DNA of 32,603 nt from Cyanophyceae cyanobacterium (GCA_050331735.1 JBHJGN010000059.1:1-32603), one strand, 5' to 3'. Shown: positions 1 through 8,857, counted from the stretch's first letter. Translations and numbers: made by a program. The notes: a model not told the origin generated them from the sequence alone.

Positions 1-139
1 TGCCTTTTTACGTTTAGAGAATCACTGGTTCAACACCGGCATCAGTTGGTACGAAGCTAAAACTAGCATCGTGCGCGAGGCAGTGCGTTCTTATTTGGCT
101 TTTCCTTGGTTAACTCTCTCGCCAACTGCGTAACTCCTG
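1..139 (+). mobile_element. Right end of an IS701-family insertion sequence (transposase C-terminus plus terminal inverted repeat)
   Basis: Frame 2 reads AFLRLENHWFNTGISWYEAKTSIVREAVRSYLAFPWLTLSPTA*, which resembles cyanobacterial IS701 transposase C-termini. The stop lies inside ACTGCGTAACTCCTG, a typical IS701 end sequence. Confidence 0.75.
2..133 (+). CDS. IS701-family transposase, C-terminal 43 aa (partial, runs off the left edge)
   Basis: Open frame from base 2 to TAA at 131-133; GISWYEAK...AVRSYL...PTA* motif. Confidence 0.75.
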   Translation, partial: AFLRLENHWFNTGISWYEAKTSIVREAVRSYLAFPWLTLSPTA

Positions 140-166
140 TCCATTTAAAACTAAAAACTTACTGTC

Positions 167-2110
167 ATGACTACCACTCAAAAAATCCCCAATACCTTTA
201 GCAACCTATCCTCCCCTCACCATCCCCTCGAACCGCTAACGCCTGAAGAAATTACTACAGCAGTTCGCATTATCAAATCAGAAAAACAGCTAGGTGAAAC
301 CATTCGCTTTCCCACCGTTACCCTGAAAGAACCCGATAAAAAAGCTGTTCTCAGCTACCAAGAAGGCGATGAAATCGAACGAGAAGTATTCATCATCGTC
401 CTCGACAATGCCGATGGGAAAACCTATGAAGCGATTGTCTCCCTCACCCAAGAAACCGTCACATCCTGGAAACACATCCCAGGGGTACAGCCTTCCATTA
501 TGCTCGATGAATTTATCGAGTGCGAAGCGGCTGTTAAAGCAAGTCCCGAATTTCAGGAAGCAATCAAGAAGCGCGGCATTACTGACCCCGATTTAGTCAT
601 GGTCGATCCTTGGTCGGCTGGCTACTACGGTATTGAAGAGGAAGAAGGCAAGCGACTGTCACGGGCGCTGTGCTGGGTGCGTTCTAGCCCCACCGATAAC
701 GGCTACGCCCGACCCATTGAAGGGGTAATTCCCGTGGTGGACTTAAACAAGATGGAAGTGCTTCGAGTCGAGGACTACGGGGTCGTTCCCATACCGCCAC
801 AGTCAGGGAACTACGCCAAAGAGTTTATCGAGGAATTTCGCAGCGACATTAAACCTCTAGAAATCACTCAGCCAGAAGGACCAAGCTTTGAAGTGCAGGG
901 TCACTTCGTGCGCTGGCAGAAGTGGCAGTTTCGCATTGGCTTTACTCCCCGTGAAGGGCTAATTCTCTACACCATCGGCTATGAAGATGGGGGACGGGTG
1001 CGACCGATTATGTACCGCGCCTCTCTATCCGATATGGTGGTTCCCTACGGCGACCCCAGACCGAATCATTACCGCAAAAACGCCTTTGACGTGGGCGAGT
1101 ACGGAGTCGGAACGCTGGCAAATTCCCTCACCTTGGGCTGCGACTGCCTCGGAGAAATCTTCTACTTCGATGCCTTCATGACCGACAGCCGGGGTGAAGT
1201 TACCACCATTGAGAACGCGGTGTGTATGCACGAAGAGGACTTCGGCATCCTCTGGAAGCACGTAGACTGGCGTACTGACCAGACAGAAGTAAGGCGATCG
1301 CGTCGTTTAGTGGTATCATTTATTGCCACAGTTGGCAACTACGAGTACGGCTTCTTCTGGTACTTCTACCAGGATGGCACGATTCAGTACGAGGTCAAGC
1401 TCACCGGCATCGTCAACACCGCTGGCGCAGCGCCCGGAGAAGATCCGAAATATGGTACGCTAGTCGCCCCTCAGCTTAACGCCCCCATCCACCAGCACTT
1501 TTTCAACGTGCGCCTGGATATGTGCGTTGACGGGCAGAATAACTCTGTTTACGAAGTCAATACGGAAGCGGAACCGATGGGTCCAGATAACCCCTACGGC
1601 AATGCCTTCTTGGCTAAATCGACTCTCCTAGCGTCTGAATCCGAAGCGCAGCGAGTAATCGACCCGTTCTCCGGTCGCTACTGGAAGATCGTCAATCCAT
1701 CGAGTCTCAACGGTCTTGGTCAGCCTGTAGCCTACAAGCTAATGCCGGGAGAGAACATTCTGCCCTTTGCTCATCCAGAAGCTAGCGTCAGTAAGCGGGC
1801 TAGCTTTATGAACAAGCATCTGTGGGTGACTCCCTATCAGAGAGATGAAATGTTTGGGGCGGGCGACTATCCTAACCAGCACCCCGGCGGCGAAGGACTA
1901 CCGAAGTGGACCCAGGCAAATCGTTCTGTTGAAGACACTGATGTGGTCGTCTGGTATACCTTTGGTCAACACCACATCACTCGCCCGGAAGACTGGCCCG
2001 TGATGCCCGTTGCCTACACCGGATTCAAGCTAAAACCCCTAGGCTTCTTTGATGCGAATCCTGCCCTAGACGTGCCTCCTAGCTCAAACGGACACGGGAA
2101 ATGCCATTAG
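167..2110 (+). CDS. tynA: Copper-containing primary amine oxidase (TPQ cofactor)
   Basis: 647 aa; TVGNYEYG topaquinone consensus (N-Y-E), HQH copper ligands, HHITRPEDWPVMP C-terminal motif, N-terminal HPLEPL motif. Confidence 0.95.
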   Translation: MTTTQKIPNTFSNLSSPHHPLEPLTPEEITTAVRIIKSEKQLGETIRFPTVTLKEPDKKAVLSYQEGDEIEREVFIIVLDNADGKTYEAIVSLTQETVTSWKHIPGVQPSIMLDEFIECEAAVKASPEFQEAIKKRGITDPDLVMVDPWSAGYYGIEEEEGKRLSRALCWVRSSPTDNGYARPIEGVIPVVDLNKMEVLRVEDYGVVPIPPQSGNYAKEFIEEFRSDIKPLEITQPEGPSFEVQGHFVRWQKWQFRIGFTPREGLILYTIGYEDGGRVRPIMYRASLSDMVVPYGDPRPNHYRKNAFDVGEYGVGTLANSLTLGCDCLGEIFYFDAFMTDSRGEVTTIENAVCMHEEDFGILWKHVDWRTDQTEVRRSRRLVVSFIATVGNYEYGFFWYFYQDGTIQYEVKLTGIVNTAGAAPGEDPKYGTLVAPQLNAPIHQHFFNVRLDMCVDGQNNSVYEVNTEAEPMGPDNPYGNAFLAKSTLLASESEAQRVIDPFSGRYWKIVNPSSLNGLGQPVAYKLMPGENILPFAHPEASVSKRASFMNKHLWVTPYQRDEMFGAGDYPNQHPGGEGLPKWTQANRSVEDTDVVVWYTFGQHHITRPEDWPVMPVAYTGFKLKPLGFFDANPALDVPPSSNGHGKCH

Positions 2111-2229
2111 CCGACAGTTTTGATTGTGATTAAGCTGAAGGGGCGATCGCCTCTCTAGTGACGCTGATTGAGCGCGATTTGAAGTGACCAAGTACAGAAG
2201 AGTGTTGACTAAGCAATCGCCCCCTCTCC

Positions 2230-2862
2230 TCAGCTCAACTGAGTTGGATTTGAGGTAATTAGCTGAATGAGAGTTGCCACCAGGCGATCGCTTTCTAGAG
2301 GAACAATTTCTTTCCCGTGCATCATTTCCTGAAGAATTAAGTAATATACCAATGTCCCAACAAACACTCTCACCGTCGCTTCGGGATCGCTGAGTTTAAG
2401 TTCGGGATGAACCTGCAAATACTGCGTCAGCGCTTCGATGCCTGGTTTAGCAACGTTGCGAACATAGGCTTGGGCTAACTCAGGAAAACGCCCCGACTCC
2501 CCCATCATGATGCGAATAAAATTTAGAAACGTGCGATCGCTCCCCGCATTGTCTAGCAGCCGATGGGCTATTTCTGACAAAACCAGACTTGGTTCTCTTG
2601 CCATCGATTGAGGCTCTTGCAAACCCAAAACTGTCTGAAACTTGTCATGAACTAAGTCCTGAATCAAAGCATTAAATAACCCTTCTTTATCCCCAAAATG
2701 ACTGTAAACAGTAGCTTTAGAAACTCCCGCTGCTTTAGCCACCCGATCCATGCTCGTTGCGGCATAACCATTGGCCAGAAACTCCTGCATGGCTCCTTTT
2801 AAAATTGCTGCGGCTTTCTCTTCAGACTTTTGTCGTTCTGATGTTCTATCTATATCGACCAT
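2230..2862 (-). CDS. TetR/AcrR family transcriptional regulator
   Basis: HTH GYAATSMDRVAKAAGVSKATVYSHFGDKEGLF; divergent from devBCA. Confidence 0.95.
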   Translation of the reverse strand: MVDIDRTSERQKSEEKAAAILKGAMQEFLANGYAATSMDRVAKAAGVSKATVYSHFGDKEGLFNALIQDLVHDKFQTVLGLQEPQSMAREPSLVLSEIAHRLLDNAGSDRTFLNFIRIMMGESGRFPELAQAYVRNVAKPGIEALTQYLQVHPELKLSDPEATVRVFVGTLVYYLILQEMMHGKEIVPLESDRLVATLIQLITSNPTQLS

Positions 2863-2973
2863 GTTTGCTTTGTGCTACTCCTTCTTACAGTCAATCAATT
2901 AAACCTCGGTGGTTGATGGCAAGACGATATCAGCAGAGTGGCAGAAAAAACGATGTTATCTTCTGCCTCCCAA

Positions 2974-3024
2974 CACTCAAAGTTCCGCCAGAGAAAGCTC
3001 CGGCGGCTGCTTTGAGCCAGCTCA
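2974..3024 (+). repeat. 51-bp hairpin dispersed repeat, copy A (intergenic)
   Basis: CACTCAAAGTTCCGCCAGAGAAAGCTCCGGCGGCTGCTTTGAGCCAGCTCA matches the reverse complement of 8516-8566 at 47 of 51 positions; internal palindrome CTCAAAG/CTTTGAG and CCGCC(A/G)GAG/CTCCGGCGG. Confidence 0.85.
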
Positions 3025-3042
3025 ACTGATGACTTCATCATG

Positions 3043-3216
3043 AGCTAACGTATCAGTTCGGAATAAGAATAGCGGCGGTTAAAATCCGCTGCTATTGAGA
3101 CAAAACCTGCCGGCGCAGGTTCCTCAAACCAACCATTTCTGTAGTCCGTGAAGACGGATTGGGTTTTTGTAGCTGCGAATTTATTCGCCATGCGCTTATC
3201 TGAACTCAGGTTAGCT
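3043..3216. mobile_element. MITE/REPIN-like non-autonomous element
   Basis: Imperfect terminal inverted repeats (AGCTAACGTATCAGTTCGGAATAAG ... CTTATCTGAACTCAGGTTAGCT) enclosing four hairpins at 3068-3096, 3104-3121, 3143-3160 and 3175-3188, arranged as two inverted REP-like units. Confidence 0.65.
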
Positions 3217-3264
3217 ATTCAATATTTAGCTAGCTTTTTATTCATCTTACTGCTCTATGCCCCC

Positions 3265-3320
3265 TTGCTAAACTACTTAGTTTAGTTTTATCATAAATAT
3301 ATTGAACTAAACAGTTTGGT
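3265..3320 (+). promoter_or_regulatory. Putative devBCA promoter with two TetR operator palindromes
   Basis: TTGCTA (3265-3270), 18-bp spacer, TATCAT (3289-3294); palindrome CTAAACTA-CT-TAGTTTAG (3268-3285) and ACTAAAC-A-GTTTGGT (3306-3320). Confidence 0.6.
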
Positions 3321-3339
3321 CTAAGTAAGGAAAAGAGCC

Positions 3340-4545
3340 GTGCAGAACATCACCGCAAAGAACCCTAAATCCTCCAAACCCCTCATTCGTCCCGCTACGG
3401 CCCTCATCGCTGCGGCAGTATTAGGAATCGGCGGTATCACTGTGTACGGGCTGCGCCAGTTCTCATCTTCTCAGCCGGAAACCCCGACTGAGGCCACTGC
3501 ACCAAAAATTACTACGGTAACCGCTTTAGGACGCATAGAACCCAATGGGGAAATCGTCGAAATTTCGGCTCCCTCCTCATCTCAAGGCAGTCGTGTCGCT
3601 CAGTTGCTGGTGCAAGAAGGCGATACGGTCGCAGCAGAACAGACCATTGCTATTTTAGACAGCCGCGATCGCCTGCAAGCTGCCCTTAACCAAGCCGAAG
3701 AACGAGTTAGAGTGGCTCAGGCCAACTTAGCAAGGGTAAAGGCTGGCGCTAAAACCGGAGAAATTGAGGCCCAAAGAGCAACCATTGCCCGCATTCAGGC
3801 AGAACGCGACAACGATATTGCTGCCCAAGCAGCGACAGTCGCCCGGTTGACAGCCGAACTCAACAATGCTCAAGTCGAGTATCAGCGCTACCAGCAGCTT
3901 TACACCAACGGAGCCATATCAGCTTCAGAGCGAGACAGCAAGGCACTGACGTTAGAAACGGCTCAAAGACGACTGGAGGAGGCTCAAGCCAATCTAACGC
4001 GCATTCGTGCGGCTCAGCAACAGCAACTGAACGAAGCCCGAGCGACTTTAGAACGAATTGCCGAAGTGCGTCCCGTCGATGTTGAAGTCGCCGCCGCCGA
4101 AGTAAGAGAAGCACAAGCCGCAGTCGCGACAGCCCAGGCGGAACTCGCTCTCGCCACCATCAAAACTCCCCAATCCGGGCAAATTATCAAAATTCTCACT
4201 CGTCCTGGGGAAGACGTTTCTAGCGAGGGCATTGCTACCATCGGACAGACGAGCCAGATGTACGCCATTGCCGAAGTTTATGAAAGCGATATTAGCAAAG
4301 TACAGGTCGGACAGCCAGCCACCATCACCAGCAGCGCTATCTCAGGAGAATTACACGGAACCGTCGAGCGAATCGGCTTAGAAATTCAGCGCCAGGAAGT
4401 GGTGAATACCGATCCCACCGCCAACATTGATGCCAAAGTGGTTGAGGTCAAGGTTCGCCTCAATGAAGAGTCAAGTCAAAGAGTAGCAGGATTAACAAAT
4501 CTACAGGTCACAGTAGCCATTTCTCTTCCCAACAATCAATCATGA
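3340..4545 (+). CDS. devB: ABC exporter membrane fusion protein, DevB family
   Basis: N-terminal TM segment, VTALGRIEPNGE motif, long coiled coil, AEVYESDI and DPTANIDAKVVEVKV motifs; GTG start. Confidence 0.9.
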   Translation: MQNITAKNPKSSKPLIRPATALIAAAVLGIGGITVYGLRQFSSSQPETPTEATAPKITTVTALGRIEPNGEIVEISAPSSSQGSRVAQLLVQEGDTVAAEQTIAILDSRDRLQAALNQAEERVRVAQANLARVKAGAKTGEIEAQRATIARIQAERDNDIAAQAATVARLTAELNNAQVEYQRYQQLYTNGAISASERDSKALTLETAQRRLEEAQANLTRIRAAQQQQLNEARATLERIAEVRPVDVEVAAAEVREAQAAVATAQAELALATIKTPQSGQIIKILTRPGEDVSSEGIATIGQTSQMYAIAEVYESDISKVQVGQPATITSSAISGELHGTVERIGLEIQRQEVVNTDPTANIDAKVVEVKVRLNEESSQRVAGLTNLQVTVAISLPNNQS

Positions 4546-5717
4546 ACAAATTATTCAAAACTCTCCAAAACAGAACCCCTTTAGGTTGGCTACAGCTTAA
4601 GCACGACAAACTGCGTTTGCTAACAGCCCTATCGGGAATTGCCTTTGCCGACATCTTGATCTTTATGCAGTTGGGGTTTAAAGATGCTCTCTATACTACC
4701 AATACTCAGTATCCGCGCCGTCTCAAAGCTGATATTGTATTAACCAGCATCCAAGCCACGAACTTCAATCAATCCTACACGTTTCCTCGGCGACGACTCT
4801 ATCAGGCACTGGATGTTCCTGGAGTAGAGTCTGCTGACGCGGTTTATATTGGTTCTCTCAACTGGCGCAATCCGCAAACCAGAGAAAAGACTTCGATGAC
4901 GGTAATTGGCTTCGATCCAGAACAGCCTGCTTTTGACCTACCAGAAGTTAACAGTCAACTGGATAAGGTTAAGTTACCCGATACCGTTCTGTTTGACAGT
5001 GCCTCTAGAGGTGAATACAAAGACGTAATTGCCCAAGTCGAACAGGGCGTCCCCGTCACGACAGAAAGTGAAGGACGGACAATTACTATTAATGGGTTAT
5101 TTGAGGTGGGGGCTTCCTTTGCCGATGATGGCGCACTGATCGCTAGCGATCAGAACTTTTTGCGCTTGTTTCCCCGCAAGGAAGCGGGCATGGTGAGCGT
5201 AGGACTGATTGACATTGAAGGCAATCGCAATCCAGAAGAAATTAGAGCCGCTTTAAACACCTACCTTCCGGAAGACGTTCGGGCCTATACCTACGAAGAA
5301 TACGTAGACGCAGAACTGGACTATATTCAGAACAGTACGGCGATCGGTTTTGTGTTTAGTCTGGGGACGGCAATGGGATTTATCGTCGGCATTGTGATTG
5401 TCTATCAGGTGCTCTCAACCGACGTCAACGACCATATGGCGGAATACGCCACGTTTAAAGCGATGGGCTATCGCACCTTTTACCTTTTGGGCGTGGTGTT
5501 TGAAGAAGCAATTATCTTGGCTGGCATTGGCTTTATCCCTAGCGTTGCGATCGCTGCTGGACTCTATCGCTTAACCGCAGCGGCAACGGCTTTACCATTA
5601 GCGATGCCTCTGGCAAGAGCCGTTTTCGTATTAATGTTAACTATCGTAATGTGTGGTCTATCGGGGGCGATCGCAGCCCGCAAACTTCAGTCAGCCGATC
5701 CTGCGGATATTTTTTAG
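4542..5717 (+). CDS. devC: ABC exporter permease, DevC family
   Basis: RTPLGWLQL, GIAFADILIFMQLGF, YQVLSTDVNDHMAEYATFKAMGY and KLQSADPADIF; ATGA overlap with devB. Confidence 0.93.
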   Translation: MNKLFKTLQNRTPLGWLQLKHDKLRLLTALSGIAFADILIFMQLGFKDALYTTNTQYPRRLKADIVLTSIQATNFNQSYTFPRRRLYQALDVPGVESADAVYIGSLNWRNPQTREKTSMTVIGFDPEQPAFDLPEVNSQLDKVKLPDTVLFDSASRGEYKDVIAQVEQGVPVTTESEGRTITINGLFEVGASFADDGALIASDQNFLRLFPRKEAGMVSVGLIDIEGNRNPEEIRAALNTYLPEDVRAYTYEEYVDAELDYIQNSTAIGFVFSLGTAMGFIVGIVIVYQVLSTDVNDHMAEYATFKAMGYRTFYLLGVVFEEAIILAGIGFIPSVAIAAGLYRLTAAATALPLAMPLARAVFVLMLTIVMCGLSGAIAARKLQSADPADIF

Positions 5718-5890
5718 ATGATTGTTAATCGTTGATTGTTGGAAGTAGAGAGGCAGATAATAATTCTTAGAGTTGTGGGTATAGCTATACGTTTTAGTTT
5801 CATGTTGATTGCTGATTGGATTGTTCATCGCCCTTCGACTACTAGGCTCAGATGTCTTACGGATTCAGGAAACGCTACATCGGCGATTAG

Positions 5891-5948
5891 CTATCAACCA
5901 TTAACTATCAACAAAACCATCAACCATGAACCATAAACCATCAACAAA
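5891..5948 (+). repeat. STRR-like heptamer tandem repeats (CAACCAT family) overlapping the devA start
   Basis: CAACCAT TAACTAT CAACAAA ... CAACCAT GAACCAT AAACCAT CAACAAA; opposite-orientation degenerate copies near 5717-5741 and 5805-5826. Confidence 0.65.
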
Positions 5949-6639
5949 TCCAGTAATTTCTATCCACAACCTCGATCACTATTTTGGTCAAGGGCAGCTT
6001 CGCAAACAAGTATTATGCGACATTAATCTAGAAATTAATTCAGGAGAAATCGTCATCATGACCGGTCCATCGGGTTCTGGGAAAACAACGCTATTAACCT
6101 TAGTCAGTGGTTTACGTTCGGCTCAATCTGGCAGTTTACGAATACTGGGAGAAGAACTCTGTGGCGCAACGACCGAACAGTTAGTCCAGGCAAGACGACA
6201 CAATGGCTATATTTTTCAGGCACACAACCTCCACAGAAGTTTAACTGCCCTGCAAAACGTCCAGATGGGGTTAGAAGTACAGGGGAAGTTTTCTAGACAA
6301 GCAATGCGCGATCGCAGCAGCGCGATGCTAGAGCAAGTCGGACTCGGCGATCGCCTCCACTACTACCCCGACAAACTCTCTGGCGGACAAAAACAAAGAG
6401 TCGCCGTTGCCCGCGCTTTGGTGAGTCATCCGGCGATTGTCCTGGCTGACGAACCGACAGCCGCCCTAGACAGTAAATCGGGTCGAGATGTCGTTAATCT
6501 AATGCAGAAACTCGCTCAAGAACAGGGCAGCACAATCTTACTCGTTACCCACGACAGTCGCATTCTCGACGTTGCTGATCGCACGGTCCATTTAGAAGAC
6601 GGTAGATTGATCAATAATTCTGTGGCCGCTCTTAATTGA
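5926..6639 (+). CDS. devA: ABC transporter ATP-binding protein, DevA family
   Basis: Walker A GPSGSGKT, signature LSGGQKQR, Walker B LADEPT, H-loop VTHD. Confidence 0.93.
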   Translation: MNHKPSTNPVISIHNLDHYFGQGQLRKQVLCDINLEINSGEIVIMTGPSGSGKTTLLTLVSGLRSAQSGSLRILGEELCGATTEQLVQARRHNGYIFQAHNLHRSLTALQNVQMGLEVQGKFSRQAMRDRSSAMLEQVGLGDRLHYYPDKLSGGQKQRVAVARALVSHPAIVLADEPTAALDSKSGRDVVNLMQKLAQEQGSTILLVTHDSRILDVADRTVHLEDGRLINNSVAALN

Positions 6640-7450
6640 ATAGTGTTCCCTCTGATTTACTAGTTTTTTGTCGATTGTTCATCGTTGATAGTTGATGGTA
6701 GTCAACACTTTCCCAAGGAAACCGCTTCCAAGGAATCCACTGCTGCCATAGTTGAGCCACTGTCCCGTCAGCTATTAAGGTGTCAAGCGTTTTATTAAGA
6801 GCAGCCATTAACTCAGTGTTGTGTTTAGCGGTAGCAATGGCAAACGGAACCTGAGTGGGAACGCTAAAGGCAAGCCGGAGATTGGGATCGTCTTCAGCAG
6901 CAACAATGAGCACCAGTTCGTCATCGATGAGGGCATCGATTTCACCCTGTCTCAGCGCCTCCAGCATTTCTGGCAGCACCTTGTCACTCCCTGGAAACGG
7001 CACTGTCTCAACTCCAGAAAATCCTGCGGCGAGGGCAATATTGGTGCTGTCTGCCAAACCGCCGACTCGCAATCCGGCGAGGTCTTCCGGCGACTGAACT
7101 GAACTCTCAGCACGTACCAGCACCGCCTCGTCAAATAAGCCGTAGGGACGAGTGAAGTTAACGAGAGCTGAGCGTTGAGGGGTAATCGCCTGATTGAACC
7201 ACACGCAGTCATACTGATCGGTTTGCAGGGCAGCATAAAAGTCCGCCATCGGTAGATTGTGCCATACAGGGTTAATGCCTAGGCGATCGCAAACTATTCT
7301 GGCTAAAGTGGGTTCGTATCCCAACCGTTCTCCGTTGCTATTGAGATAGCTCATGGGACGGGCATCAAAGTTGCTAGCAGCAATCGTTAACTGACCAGGA
7401 GTAACCGTTTTCAGTGGCTTCATTGAATTTAGGTGCTCTAGCGTTCTCAT
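6632..7450 (-). CDS. Amino-acid-type (family 3) ABC substrate-binding protein; start may be ATG 7423 (MKPLKTV)
   Basis: GYEPTLA, FNQAITPQR..VNFTRPY, LRQGEIDALIDD and DGTVAQLWQQW are SBP_bac_3-like motifs; no signal peptide is obvious. Confidence 0.85.
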   Translation of the reverse strand: MRTLEHLNSMKPLKTVTPGQLTIAASNFDARPMSYLNSNGERLGYEPTLARIVCDRLGINPVWHNLPMADFYAALQTDQYDCVWFNQAITPQRSALVNFTRPYGLFDEAVLVRAESSVQSPEDLAGLRVGGLADSTNIALAAGFSGVETVPFPGSDKVLPEMLEALRQGEIDALIDDELVLIVAAEDDPNLRLAFSVPTQVPFAIATAKHNTELMAALNKTLDTLIADGTVAQLWQQWIPWKRFPWESVDYHQLSTMNNRQKTSKSEGTLFN

Positions 7451-7630
7451 TGTTCAAGAACACTCTACACTCTATTCCCGCATCTTTGGCGCTACACTCT
7501 ATACTGCCCAGCTCAATCGAATAATGGCAGCCGTGACCGAACCAGTTTGAGGACGATTAACAACTAGCGACCGACAGTGCTCTCCTTCAATTCTGATTAA
7601 CACTCGCGTAGTGATCGCCCCATCCTCATC

Positions 7631-8254
7631 GTGAATCAACTCAAAACCGAACTCCTGCGGTATAACGATGTTATCCGTCTAACTCCCAATGACTCTATCG
7701 CCTACGTGAAGCGAGGTATGATTTATTTCAAACTAGCTCAGATCGATGAATCGATTCAAGATTTCGATCGCGCTGCCACCCTTGATCCGCTCCTCACGCC
7801 CTATCTTTGGCAGCGCGGACTCTCGTACTATTATGCAGGGCGGTATGAAGAAGGAGCCGAACAGTTTACCGTTGATTTAACGGTCAATCCTCATGATGCC
7901 GAAGAAACGATCTGGTGCTACTTGTGTATGGCTTGCTGGCAGGGAGTTTCCGCCGCCCGGGATGCTCTGCTAGTGGTAGAGAAAGAGCCGCGCCTAATCG
8001 TCAGAGCAATTTACGAGCTTTATGCCGGGAGAGCAACGGTAGAGGAAGTATTAAAGTCGGGAAGTACTGATCGCGACCGGTTTTACAGCCATCTGTATGT
8101 TGGCTTGTACTATGAAGCAGCGGGCGAGAAAAAGCGCTCTCGCAACCACATTGCCCAAGCCGTTGCCAGCTTTAAGCTAACAGATTATATGTGGCATGTC
8201 GCTCGCGTTCACCAACAGCTTAGAGAAGATCACAGTCCAGTAGCCGAGCCTTGA
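7631..8254 (+). CDS. Tetratricopeptide repeat protein (NlpI-like)
   Basis: AYVKRGMIYFKLAQIDESIQDFDRA, YLWQRGLSYYY, DLTVNPHDAEE, FYSHLYVGLYYE and DYMWHVARVH. Confidence 0.85.
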   Translation: MNQLKTELLRYNDVIRLTPNDSIAYVKRGMIYFKLAQIDESIQDFDRAATLDPLLTPYLWQRGLSYYYAGRYEEGAEQFTVDLTVNPHDAEETIWCYLCMACWQGVSAARDALLVVEKEPRLIVRAIYELYAGRATVEEVLKSGSTDRDRFYSHLYVGLYYEAAGEKKRSRNHIAQAVASFKLTDYMWHVARVHQQLREDHSPVAEP

Positions 8255-8751
8255 TGCATTTGACCATCAATAAAAATTATTTCGATCTGTTTCCTCGGAT
8301 TCTCAGCATCAGTCCAGCGCCGCTTTTCAGAGTTGCCTCGCTGCCAAACCTGTTCTCCTGAAAAGCCCATAATTACATCAGTAATATACCTCAGAGTCAA
8401 AGGAGCATCATGACCAACCGAGTGCCAGTCATCCCCGTAATAATGACGATGATAAATTTCCTGCCATTTTTCTCTGGTGACGCTTTCTAGAACAAAGCTA
8501 GCAGATGATTCCCTCTGAGCTTGCTCAAAGCAGCCGCCGGAGCACTCTCCGGCGGAACTTTGAGTGGGTGTCTGACTGGGGGTTGCTATCGAAGGGGGAG
8601 CTGCTAGACTGGGGGACAGCGGAGAATAGCTACAGAAAACTAAGCGAATCGTTTGCCCTGATTCTGTTTGCATCAAACAGCTTTGAGACTGGGCAGAGTA
8701 AGTGATCCCGCTCGCTAAAAAAGCGATCGCCACGCCTTGAATTTTATGCAT
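8230..8751 (-). CDS. Hypothetical secreted protein with a Pro/Ser linker containing an in-frame repeat
   Basis: Signal-peptide-like N-terminus (AIAFLASGITYSAQSQ), C-x-M-x4-G-x2-I-x-L-x2-C motif, P/S/T linker, C-terminal globular segment; overlaps the 3' end of the TPR gene by 25 bp. Confidence 0.6.
   Translation of the reverse strand: MHKIQGVAIAFLASGITYSAQSQSCLMQTESGQTIRLVFCSYSPLSPSLAAPPSIATPSQTPTQSSAGECSGGCFEQAQRESSASFVLESVTREKWQEIYHRHYYGDDWHSVGHDAPLTLRYITDVIMGFSGEQVWQRGNSEKRRWTDAENPRKQIEIIFIDGQMHQGSATGL
8516..8566 (-). repeat. 51-bp hairpin dispersed repeat, copy B (inside the 8230-8751 ORF)
   Basis: Minus strand reads CACTCAAAGTTCCGCCGGAGAGTGCTCCGGCGGCTGCTTTGAGCAAGCTCA, 4 mismatches to copy A. 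Confidence 0.85.
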
Positions 8752-8857
8752 TGATCGACATCCACGGCTCTACGCCACTATAGTTCCCACAGATGACACC
8801 TAACTAACGTAGGATAAAGCAGGAAAGACTCAGTGGTGTTGCACCCCGAACAATAAA

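Noticed and set aside
2757..3029. 90-aa plus-strand ORF, and a roughly 48-aa minus-strand ORF starting at 3041
   Set aside because: They overlap tetR or consist largely of the 51-bp repeat; their similarity to ORF 8505-8705 is explained by the shared repeat.
5736..5936. 66-aa ORF between devC and devA
   Set aside because: TTG start, built from heptamer repeats, no recognisable domain.
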